DNA of 64,000 nucleotides from Bacilli bacterium (GTDB lineage Bacteria; Bacillota_I; Bacilli_A; RFN20; CAG-826): NCBI GenBank assembly GCA_024408295.1, contig JAKSVE010000004.1, positions 396 to 64,395 of the forward strand, read 5' to 3'. Shown piece by piece: positions 48,649 to 56,351 of this stretch (position 1 is its first letter; each line of letters starts with the position of its first letter). The notes under the pieces were generated by a model. It saw only the letters and a program-made list of their open reading frames with translations, ran no database searches and was not told where the DNA came from. The position numbers and the translations under genes were made by a program.

Positions 48649-48950
48649 TCGACTATATCAACGATGTTGTTCAGGTAATATCGATTACCATTAACAACCA
48701 AATATTTATAAGTGGTATTCATCTCAGTGATGGTGCCACTTATTTTTTCTAATACGCCATCATTGTAGATGGTGATTGTAACTTCTTGTCCGTGATAATT
48801 TATTAGCAAATTGTTGATATATTCCGCTTTATCTTCGCAATTCTTTGGTTTTTCTATCTTTTTGCGGGCTTTTCTCATGTTACCCATAAAGTCTTCTTGT
48901 TCTATTAAGGATTTATAAGGAGCCCATTTAACCATTCCTCTATCTCTCAT
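48645..48950 (-). CDS. YolD-like protein
   Basis: 101-aa ORF. RGMVKWAPYKSL motif. Overlaps the upstream Y-family polymerase gene by 4 nt, as YolD genes typically do. Confidence 0.6.
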   Translation of the reverse strand: MRDRGMVKWAPYKSLIEQEDFMGNMRKARKKIEKPKNCEDKAEYINNLLINYHGQEVTITIYNDGVLEKISGTITEMNTTYKYLVVNGNRYYLNNIVDIVD

Positions 48951-50191
48951 CGTCTATGTCCTCCGATCATTCCGTTTCTAAATAGCACTGTTGATGGTTC
49001 CAGCAGTGCGGAGCATCTTGTAACGCTGCTCTTACCAAACATCGCTTTAATTGTGTCTAAGGCATAATCAAGCATTCTCTTCTCGTCCCTTTCCTCAAAT
49101 GATTCGAATAACGAGCATTGCTCAGCCTGTGGATCTACTAATTTTCCATATGATATATATAAACCTCTAATCGGTCTTTCCTCAGATCCTTGTTCGAAAA
49201 GATATTTCAGCTGATTGAAAAGAGTGTCAGTGTCATCAGTTGCGATATCTAATACCGATTGTCTAGCAAATACGCCTCGCCCATCACCATAACCAATACA
49301 TACTGCGACTTTGCCTGCTAGAAGATGCTGGTAACGCAGTCTATAGGCCAAGTCATCATTCATCTCTCTTAGTACTAGAAGTGCTTCTTTAGGCGTGTAT
49401 TCTCTTTTCAATGTCTGGCCATTATTAAGTGACCTTTCTAGTGGAACATATTTCTCTTGTATATCACTGTCGTCTCTTCCGTTAGCGAGTTCTCTAAGCT
49501 GATATCCGATTACCCCGAATTCTTTCTCTAGGAGCGTTTCATCCGCTAAGGCGAGTTCTCTTATGGAACGAATGCCGATTCTCTTCAAATGGCTTGAAAT
49601 CCCGTTTCCTATGCCCCATACATCCGTAAGAGGAGAGATGTTCCATAGCTTTGTTTCCACGTCCTCCATTTTCCAGTATGCAACATAAGGTGGAGCCTTC
49701 TTTCCCTCATTATCTAGCGCGCATTTGGCCATGAACATATTTGGGCCAATTCCCGCTGTTGCTATTAATCCTAGTTTCTCCCAGATGTCTTTCTTAATTC
49801 TCTCGACTAACTCGATTGCCGTGCAGTTATAGTAGTTAAGGTATGGACCGAGATTAAGGAAACTCTCATCCACGGAATAAACATGCAAATCCTCTTCGGC
49901 TACGTAATCCAAGAATATAGAATTAACCTTCGCGGACATCCTTAAATAATAAGACATGCGCGGTATTGCAAATATCATTCCAGGAACATTAGGGAGATCT
50001 CTTTTCCTACAGACGTTCGGGATGCCGTATTTCTTCTTTAGGAATGGAGTGGCAGACATGACAATAGATGACCCAGATCTATATGGGTCACAGCACACGA
50101 GCGGTGTCTTGAATATGTCTAGATGCCTACATGCACATTCACAAGAGGCGTAAAAGCTTTTCAAGTCTATTACAGCAATGACCTTCTCCAT
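48947..50191 (-). CDS. Y-family (translesion) DNA polymerase, UmuC/UvrX-like
   Basis: IAVIDLKSFYASCE, YSVDESFL, and GIGNGISSHLKRIGIRSIREL HhH region. Confidence 0.8.
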   Translation of the reverse strand: MEKVIAVIDLKSFYASCECACRHLDIFKTPLVCCDPYRSGSSIVMSATPFLKKKYGIPNVCRKRDLPNVPGMIFAIPRMSYYLRMSAKVNSIFLDYVAEEDLHVYSVDESFLNLGPYLNYYNCTAIELVERIKKDIWEKLGLIATAGIGPNMFMAKCALDNEGKKAPPYVAYWKMEDVETKLWNISPLTDVWGIGNGISSHLKRIGIRSIRELALADETLLEKEFGVIGYQLRELANGRDDSDIQEKYVPLERSLNNGQTLKREYTPKEALLVLREMNDDLAYRLRYQHLLAGKVAVCIGYGDGRGVFARQSVLDIATDDTDTLFNQLKYLFEQGSEERPIRGLYISYGKLVDPQAEQCSLFESFEERDEKRMLDYALDTIKAMFGKSSVTRCSALLEPSTVLFRNGMIGGHRR

Positions 50192-50325
50192 AAATTTATC
50201 CTTTCAAGGGAGGCATATTCTATGTGGAGAAATTTTTTAGAAATAGTCTTGTAATGAAAAAAGCCAGTTCTAATCGAAGAAGAATTTTTAAATTGTTACA
50301 TTGGATAAAAAATGCGTAAAAACAT

Positions 50326-50374
50326 TCGATTCCATCTACACTAATCAAAAATACTGTCGATGCCATCTACACTA
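50326..50374 (+). repeat. Two 18-nt direct repeats TCGATnCCATCTACACTA, 31 nt apart
   Basis: Copy 1 at 50326-50343 and copy 2 at 50357-50374, 17/18 identical by eye. They lie between the polymerase gene and the tRNA promoter. Confidence 0.6.
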
Positions 50375-50400
50375 TTTTATGGATGTGCGTCTTTACAAAC

Positions 50401-50429
50401 TTGTAAATGATTTACCCCAAAACTATAAT
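50401..50429 (+). promoter_or_regulatory. Sigma-70-type promoter of tRNA-Ala
   Basis: TTGTAA (50401-50406), 17-nt spacer, TATAAT (50424-50429), 10 nt before the tRNA 5' end. Confidence 0.6.
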
Positions 50430-50439
50430 ATCTCGCGTT

Positions 50440-50515
50440 GGGGGTGTAGCTCAGTTGGGAGAGCGCGTCGTTCGCAACGATGAGGTCGCGAGTTCGAACC
50501 TCGTCATCTCCACCA
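50440..50515 (+). tRNA. tRNA-Ala (anticodon CGC), CCA encoded
   Basis: Manual cloverleaf: acceptor GGGGGTG/CATCTCC with G3:U70, D-arm GCTC AGTTGGG AGAGC, anticodon stem CGTCG/CGATG with loop TTCGCAA, T-arm GCGAG TTCGAAC CTCGT, ACCA end. Confidence 0.9.
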
Positions 50516-50527
50516 TATAAGAAATGT

Positions 50528-50562
50528 AGACATTTTGTGCTAATACACAGGATGTCTTTTTT
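50528..50562 (+). terminator. tRNA terminator hairpin (copy 1 of a recurring hairpin element)
   Basis: AGACATTTTGTG-ctaata-CACAGGATGTCT, a 12-bp stem including G:U pairs, followed by TTTTTT. Confidence 0.7.
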
Positions 50563-50661
50563 CTTTATATACAAAAGTATATAGATACTGGAATTCTTAT
50601 AATAAACAAAGTCGACAATGTCTACTTTTTTACCTTATTTGTCGCTATTTTCTGTATCTTA

Positions 50662-50670
50662 TGGTATAAT
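50662..50670 (+). promoter_or_regulatory. Extended -10 promoter element for the 50692 operon
   Basis: TGgTATAAT at 50662-50670. AGGAGG RBS at 50677-50682. ATG at 50692. Confidence 0.5.
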
Positions 50671-50691
50671 GGAGTCAGGAGGTTTGAGATT

Positions 50692-51333
50692 ATGAATTAT
50701 TCTAAGACTATCAGAGAATACTGCTTAAAAAATCCAGGAATGGTGTTTGACATGTCATATGAACGCGAGAAGCACTTTTCTATGGTTCCATACAAGACCT
50801 TCTGCAAGATTCTAAGCAGAATCGAAGACGAAGGAATATTAAGAACATACTCAAAAGGTATTTATATAATCAATTCGGATAATACGGATGTCGATCCAGT
50901 AATCGCATTCTATGCCAGAGAAGACTGCGGCATCATCGCAGGAAACGAGCTATTTTATTCATTAGGCTTAACAAAGATAAGAACAAAACCAATTGTCATC
51001 TATACCAATGCTATGGAAACAACAACCAAGAACATAGGCGACGATTACAGATTGGAGAGATTCGACTATCCGTATATGGACTTAATAAGCGACATGATCA
51101 TCCTTCTTGAGTTGATTGAAAACAGAGAGAAGATCAAGGACTTGGACTTAGAGAAATTCAACGATGCGATGTTCGAATATGCAAGAAGATATAAGGATAT
51201 GGACATGAGGGACGCCCTTAAGTGCCATAGATACACTTATTCGACTATCTTCACGGTAGATCAGTTGTTGACTGGACTCGGCATCAAAAATAATTTCAGC
51301 GAGATTGCGAGAGAGTGCTACAAATATGAGTAA
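50692..51333 (+). CDS. Winged-helix protein resembling the AbiEi-antitoxin N-terminal domain
   Basis: 213-aa ORF. The N-terminal pattern FCKILSRIEDEGILRTYSKGIYII resembles the AbiEi wHTH signature (G-x-L-x-R-x-x-x-G-x-Y). No AbiEii nucleotidyltransferase gene follows. Confidence 0.4.
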   Translation: MNYSKTIREYCLKNPGMVFDMSYEREKHFSMVPYKTFCKILSRIEDEGILRTYSKGIYIINSDNTDVDPVIAFYAREDCGIIAGNELFYSLGLTKIRTKPIVIYTNAMETTTKNIGDDYRLERFDYPYMDLISDMIILLELIENREKIKDLDLEKFNDAMFEYARRYKDMDMRDALKCHRYTYSTIFTVDQLLTGLGIKNNFSEIARECYKYE

Positions 51334-51928
51334 AAGGTATTTCTTCCACAGCGGCGATTTCTTCAAATGGTACAGGACGTATATCAAGTGCAAGAGACAT
51401 CTATACGATTACAGGTTCCATTACACAACTGACAGAAGGCGTGATGAGAAGGAACTGTACAAGGAGTCTCTTCAAATTGTGGATGAATACAAGATATACA
51501 CAAGCTCTCTATCTGAAGCAGATAAGCAATATCTTGAAGAAGCTATTAAGGAAGGAAGATTCGACCAACGTTTGGATGTTCATCCTGATGTAATCGACAA
51601 CTGGGAAGAAATAGTGATTAAGCCAGGCAGACATGCACTAACAGAAGTTGATATAGCAAAACTTGGATCCAAGTTAAAAGAACTGAGAAAATTCAAGGAG
51701 ATGTATCGTGCTGATGTATGCAGGTATCTAGGGATAGCTGAAAGAACTCTTCAAGCATATGAAGAAGGCGATAGAGAAATAAGCATCAATTACTTCTATA
51801 AGTTGATGCAATTGTATGGAGTCGGGGATATCTCCGACTTTTTAAAAATCTACACGTCTAATATACATTTTGCCGTTCTCACAAGGGAGGATAATCTTGA
51901 AATCATTTTTGTGGATAGGGTATATTAA
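51326..51928 (+). CDS. XRE-type helix-turn-helix protein with an unknown N-terminal domain
   Basis: ATG at 51326 overlaps the upstream stop. The C-terminal half has LKELRKFKEMYRADVCRYLGIAERTLQAYEEGDREISINYFYKL, an XRE HTH pattern. Confidence 0.5.
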   Translation: MSKRYFFHSGDFFKWYRTYIKCKRHLYDYRFHYTTDRRRDEKELYKESLQIVDEYKIYTSSLSEADKQYLEEAIKEGRFDQRLDVHPDVIDNWEEIVIKPGRHALTEVDIAKLGSKLKELRKFKEMYRADVCRYLGIAERTLQAYEEGDREISINYFYKLMQLYGVGDISDFLKIYTSNIHFAVLTREDNLEIIFVDRVY

Positions 51929-51940
51929 ATATAATAAGAA

Positions 51941-53548
51941 ATGAGGTTTATAAATATGTTGATTAAACTTTTGTCTCTAGCAGTCATGTCTTCTATCACC
52001 TTTTCAGTTAGTCCAAGGATTGGCGATTTGGTGAATGCAATTGCACACGATATGGCCGTGGAAAGTGCTACTTTGAATGACCCACTCATCCGCCGAGCGT
52101 ATGAAGCTAGTTCTAATGATCCTAATATTTATTTGAATAACCGTTTTGCACCGTATTATTTCAAAAACCTCAATTATGGTTTTGGATACAACGAATTTGG
52201 TTCATGCGGATATGTAGCTGCTGGAATGTTGTTATCTTTTTGGGACACTTATTGGGATGATGATGTTGTTCCTGAGTATTATGAGGAACACGCTTCGCTT
52301 TATGTTAACCACACGCTTCTCGATGTTGATTCCCCTGGAAACGTTAGAGAACCGAACTCTTTTTATCAAGTCGATGCTTCAACCTATCACTCCAACATTA
52401 CAACATATAAAAACACTTATTTTCATTTTTTGTTGCTTGATATTGGCAAAACTCTCTTTAGTACAACAGCTGGCGATTATGGTATGACCTACCCCCAATA
52501 TGACACTCTATTCAGCCAGTATATTTATAATTACAGGGGGTATTCGACTAATGATGTTGAAATAGTTAAGTTTTCTAGCACAAACAGTGAATCCGTTAGG
52601 CAGAAGGCAATTGATTATGTAAGCAGAGGCATTCCTGTCAAACTTGGTATTGATAGACATGCCGTTGTTGCCTATGACTATGATGCTCAAAATGACAAAT
52701 TGTATTGCCATTTTGGATGGGGCGCTAACACTACACATGTTACAATTGAGTCATTAGGATACACTTCTTACAATAATGTTGTAGCTTTCGATTTTAAAAA
52801 CACACATTCACATTCTGATAATTATGAATATGTTGATGCTGGCGTCATTAATGGTCACTGCTCTTGTGAGGTTTCTATACCATACCAAATTGACGGTGAT
52901 TTTATGTACGTCGATGTGGAACCGACTTTTAGTTGGCTACAATATCCTTGTCTTTGTGAAGAAAAATGGTTCGAGGCTTCTAACGGCTACCTCTCCTTCA
53001 GATTGCTTAGGAACAACAAAACTGATTTCTACTCTTGTAGGTTAGGTTCCTCAAAGACTATCACGTTAAATGCTAACGCTTTAAAAGCTGTAGCAGATTA
53101 TAGGGCTACCGGTGCCTCCTCTTTCTATGTTGAAATTGCACTTTTTGAGACTTCTTCAAGCTCAAATCCTTTATATTATTTTTACAGAACCTGTTATTTC
53201 GCTAACAGCTATACGAACTATAACAATTTATTTCTTGAATTGAAAAATCCTAGAAAGAGTGGAACTACGTGGACCGTCACGGTTAAAAATTTGACCTGTG
53301 TCAAGGTTTCTGCCGAGTATAATAACAAGATGTGCAATTTTAATGACGCGAAGAATTGGACGTCATTAAGCAATATTTCTACAGTTACTATTAATCCAAA
53401 ATCATCAGTTAACATTCAAGTTTCCGAGAATTGGTTCGCAACCTCGATCGCAATTTCATGGCAGTTTGGTGGAAAACGTTACATTACATATGCAGACCAC
53501 CTGAACAACGCCAGCGGAACATTAACCCCATATACAAACAGAATTTAA
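51941..53548 (+). CDS. Secreted papain-fold cysteine protease-like protein, streptopain (C10)-like by motif; paralog A
   Basis: Signal-peptide-like N-terminus. An alternative ATG at 51956 has a better GAGG RBS. Cys motif FGSCGYVAAGMLLSFWD. His motif DRHAVVAYDYDAQNDKLYCHFGWGAN, compared with SpeB [24 protein letters not shown]. Confidence 0.5.
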   Translation: MRFINMLIKLLSLAVMSSITFSVSPRIGDLVNAIAHDMAVESATLNDPLIRRAYEASSNDPNIYLNNRFAPYYFKNLNYGFGYNEFGSCGYVAAGMLLSFWDTYWDDDVVPEYYEEHASLYVNHTLLDVDSPGNVREPNSFYQVDASTYHSNITTYKNTYFHFLLLDIGKTLFSTTAGDYGMTYPQYDTLFSQYIYNYRGYSTNDVEIVKFSSTNSESVRQKAIDYVSRGIPVKLGIDRHAVVAYDYDAQNDKLYCHFGWGANTTHVTIESLGYTSYNNVVAFDFKNTHSHSDNYEYVDAGVINGHCSCEVSIPYQIDGDFMYVDVEPTFSWLQYPCLCEEKWFEASNGYLSFRLLRNNKTDFYSCRLGSSKTITLNANALKAVADYRATGASSFYVEIALFETSSSSNPLYYFYRTCYFANSYTNYNNLFLELKNPRKSGTTWTVTVKNLTCVKVSAEYNNKMCNFNDAKNWTSLSNISTVTINPKSSVNIQVSENWFATSIAISWQFGGKRYITYADHLNNASGTLTPYTNRI

Positions 53549-53614
53549 AACTCGAATGACGCCTTTTTGAACATCCTGTTTTCTGATTAAATTCACAAGT
53601 GTTGATTGCGAGTT

Positions 53615-56347
53615 ATGATAAAAGTACTTGGCTTATCAAAAATATACAAAACCAATGGGCGACCTGACCTTGATTTTAAGGCGTTAGATTGCATTACTTT
53701 TTCTTTGCCCAACAAAGGGTTAGTGTATATTGTTGGTAGATCTGGTGGAGGGAAGACTACTCTACTAAACCTTTTGGGTGGCCTTGATACTTTCGATGCA
53801 GGAGATATTTCTGTAAACGGCACGTTTCTTTCGAAATTCAGTCAAGCCGAACTTGACTCATACAGAAACACTTCTGTAGGATTTGTTTTTCAAAATTACT
53901 GCATTTTTGAAGATAAGACCGTTAGAGATAATGTTTCTTTAGCACTTAGTCTCCAGGGTAAAAAGAATGACGCGGCCGTAAACGAATCGCTAACAAAAGT
54001 ATCGATGCTTGACCTGGGCGACAGGAAGGCTTCGACATTATCTGGCGGGCAAAAGCAGAGAGTGGCAATCGCTCGTGCGATTGTTAAAGACCCTTTTATC
54101 ATTCTTGCTGATGAACCGACGGGGGCGCTTGATTGTGAAACCGCTACCCAAATTATGGATGTTCTTAAAGATATTTCCCACAATCGATTGGTTGTTGTTG
54201 TTTCTCATGACGTTCAACTTGCCGAGAAATATGCGGACAGGATTATTGCAATTGAAGATGGCAAAATTGTTAATGACTCTAACGCTGAAAAAACGGAACA
54301 CTGTTGTGGCTCGTTGCCTTTAATCAAATCCAGAGTTAGGTTCCCCTCACTTTTAGGTTTGGCGGCCAAATCTTTCAAAGCTAAGGTCTCTAAGCTCATC
54401 ATGACCTCAATGCTTTCGGTTGTTTCCTTTTCGTTATTTGGAATTTTGAACGCATCTTCTTCTTGGAACAAAAACCAAGCTATCCTAAGTTCCATCGAAA
54501 ATGCTTACAATAAAGTTGCCGCGATTACATGTAGCGATAAAAATGGACCTGTTTTGATTTCGCAGAACTGTGCCGATAAAATCAAAAATGCCTTTGAGGG
54601 CGATATTTTCATAAAAGAATGTGTTGGTGTTGATATTTACGGGGACGAAATCGCTGCTTTGAACCGCATCAATAAAGGGCCATATAACGAAGGCACTTAT
54701 GTTCAGTATCCAGATTTAGGAGATTTCTATGCCGATTCAATATTTGGATATTCCCATTTTGAGGAACAAGACATTTTAGATTCCGGGTTTTCCCTTGAAG
54801 GGCGCCTGCCAAATGCGGATGACGAGATAGCGATAAGTGATTACTCGTATAATTATCTAAAATCTAAACATGGAGTATCTACTTACCAAGGCGTGACATT
54901 AAATCTCGATATTAACGGGTTGGTTAACGTCGAATACAAAATTGTCGGTGTAATTGATACTAAGTTTAACCCGGCACAATACAAGGATGCGAACCTTAAT
55001 ATTTTTACGGAAGGTGGAGGGGCCTATAAAGATTTTCTTTTGGATGAGTTAAAAAATAGTTTCAATGGCATGTTGTTTCTAAATAGAAATATGTATGAGT
55101 TTGCCAAGACAAGAGATGAAAGGTCCATAAATGTTTTAAGTTCAGGCGTAGCAATCACAATTTCTTCGGATTCGATTGCTTCTGGGCTCGATGACGTTTA
55201 TTCAAATTATATTCTCGAAAAAGAAGACGAATATTATAGAGAAAATTCTAACTATTTTTATATCAATCGTGATAGTGGAACGATTACCTTATTGCCTAGG
55301 TGGTTTCAGGTTAATGGATATTCTTTTCATTCGAATGATGGAACTTATAGAAAAACTATTCACGATTCACAAGGCGATTACGAAATTGTCTATGATTCCT
55401 TCGGAACAAGAATGTCGGAATTGAGCGACCCATCATTGACCATTCCTGAGAGGGCAATCATTAATATTTCTAAAAAACAGTTCTTGGAAAACCAACTCAT
55501 TGGAACCCCAGAAAGCATATTGAAAGATCTTCTTCTGGATGAAAACAATTTTGCCTCTTTGGCGGATAATGAAGTCATAGCGGTTGTTGATAACCAATAT
55601 TCACCTATTTATTCAGATTTCTCCGCTGGGATGAAGGATGTTGCCTTCTCCTCTGGTGACTCGACTTTACAAACGACCGTTAAGGCTATTTTGCAGAGAA
55701 AAGACGAGTCTGGTATTGAAATTACGCAAAAAAAATTTATTGCTTGTGAGACATTGAGAAAAACTATTTCAATAAATGCCTCTGGATGCTACCGTTTGAT
55801 TGCAAAATTATCTAATCGATCCTCAGTCAACAAATCTTTTTTCGAGTACTTGGAGACTCTAAAAATTGGAGATTCAAATTTTGTGCTTTCCAATGTTAGT
55901 GAAACCGCAATTCTTGAAATTGATAATTTTATGTCTGGGCCTTTATTGCTTGCTGCATTTGTGTTATCCGTTATTTTGGCGACGATTTCGTCTTTGAATC
56001 TTATGAATTTCATAGGTATCTCTATGTTGTACGGGAAAAGGGAAATTGGAATACTCCGCGCCTTAGGCGCCAAAAACTCTGATGTATTATCGGTTTATGT
56101 TATTGAAGGGTTGATTATAGCTCTGATAAACGGTCTTCTCGCCTTAGGCGGAACTGTAATTGCCTCATTAATTATCAACGCTATAATTTCATCTGTCTTC
56201 TCGATAACTATTAATGTCTTAACTATATCTCCTTATGTGCCAATAATTGTATTTGGTTTGTCGATATTCTCGGCACTTATAGCCGTATCTTTGCCTGTTT
56301 GGCGAAATAGAAACAAAAAGCCGATTGAGACTTTGACGGACAGATAA
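53615..56347 (+). CDS. Fused ABC ATPase + MacB/FtsX-type permease with a large extracytoplasmic domain (1 of 2)
   Basis: ATG at 53615 ([12 protein letters not shown]). Walker [35 protein letters not shown]. One TM, about 480 aa hydrophilic, then an FtsX core ([22 protein letters not shown]). Confidence 0.8.
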   Translation: MIKVLGLSKIYKTNGRPDLDFKALDCITFSLPNKGLVYIVGRSGGGKTTLLNLLGGLDTFDAGDISVNGTFLSKFSQAELDSYRNTSVGFVFQNYCIFEDKTVRDNVSLALSLQGKKNDAAVNESLTKVSMLDLGDRKASTLSGGQKQRVAIARAIVKDPFIILADEPTGALDCETATQIMDVLKDISHNRLVVVVSHDVQLAEKYADRIIAIEDGKIVNDSNAEKTEHCCGSLPLIKSRVRFPSLLGLAAKSFKAKVSKLIMTSMLSVVSFSLFGILNASSSWNKNQAILSSIENAYNKVAAITCSDKNGPVLISQNCADKIKNAFEGDIFIKECVGVDIYGDEIAALNRINKGPYNEGTYVQYPDLGDFYADSIFGYSHFEEQDILDSGFSLEGRLPNADDEIAISDYSYNYLKSKHGVSTYQGVTLNLDINGLVNVEYKIVGVIDTKFNPAQYKDANLNIFTEGGGAYKDFLLDELKNSFNGMLFLNRNMYEFAKTRDERSINVLSSGVAITISSDSIASGLDDVYSNYILEKEDEYYRENSNYFYINRDSGTITLLPRWFQVNGYSFHSNDGTYRKTIHDSQGDYEIVYDSFGTRMSELSDPSLTIPERAIINISKKQFLENQLIGTPESILKDLLLDENNFASLADNEVIAVVDNQYSPIYSDFSAGMKDVAFSSGDSTLQTTVKAILQRKDESGIEITQKKFIACETLRKTISINASGCYRLIAKLSNRSSVNKSFFEYLETLKIGDSNFVLSNVSETAILEIDNFMSGPLLLAAFVLSVILATISSLNLMNFIGISMLYGKREIGILRALGAKNSDVLSVYVIEGLIIALINGLLALGGTVIASLIINAIISSVFSITINVLTISPYVPIIVFGLSIFSALIAVSLPVWRNRNKKPIETLTDR

Positions 56348-56351
56348 CTCC

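Noticed and set aside
50192-50325. LexA/Cheo box upstream of the Y-family polymerase
   Set aside because: No GAAC-N4-GTTC or close variant was found by eye. The nearest sequence is AGTTCTAATCGAAG, which has the wrong symmetry.
50301-50574. Track ORFs 50301-50483 (+) and 50377-50574 (-)
   Set aside because: Both overlap the tRNA-Ala gene together with its promoter or terminator. Neither has an RBS or a plausible protein sequence.
50692-51928. Type IV AbiE toxin-antitoxin system
   Set aside because: The first protein has an AbiEi-like wHTH pattern. The partner gene, however, lacks any nucleotidyltransferase (AbiEii) motifs and instead carries an XRE HTH, so a complete AbiE pair is not supported.
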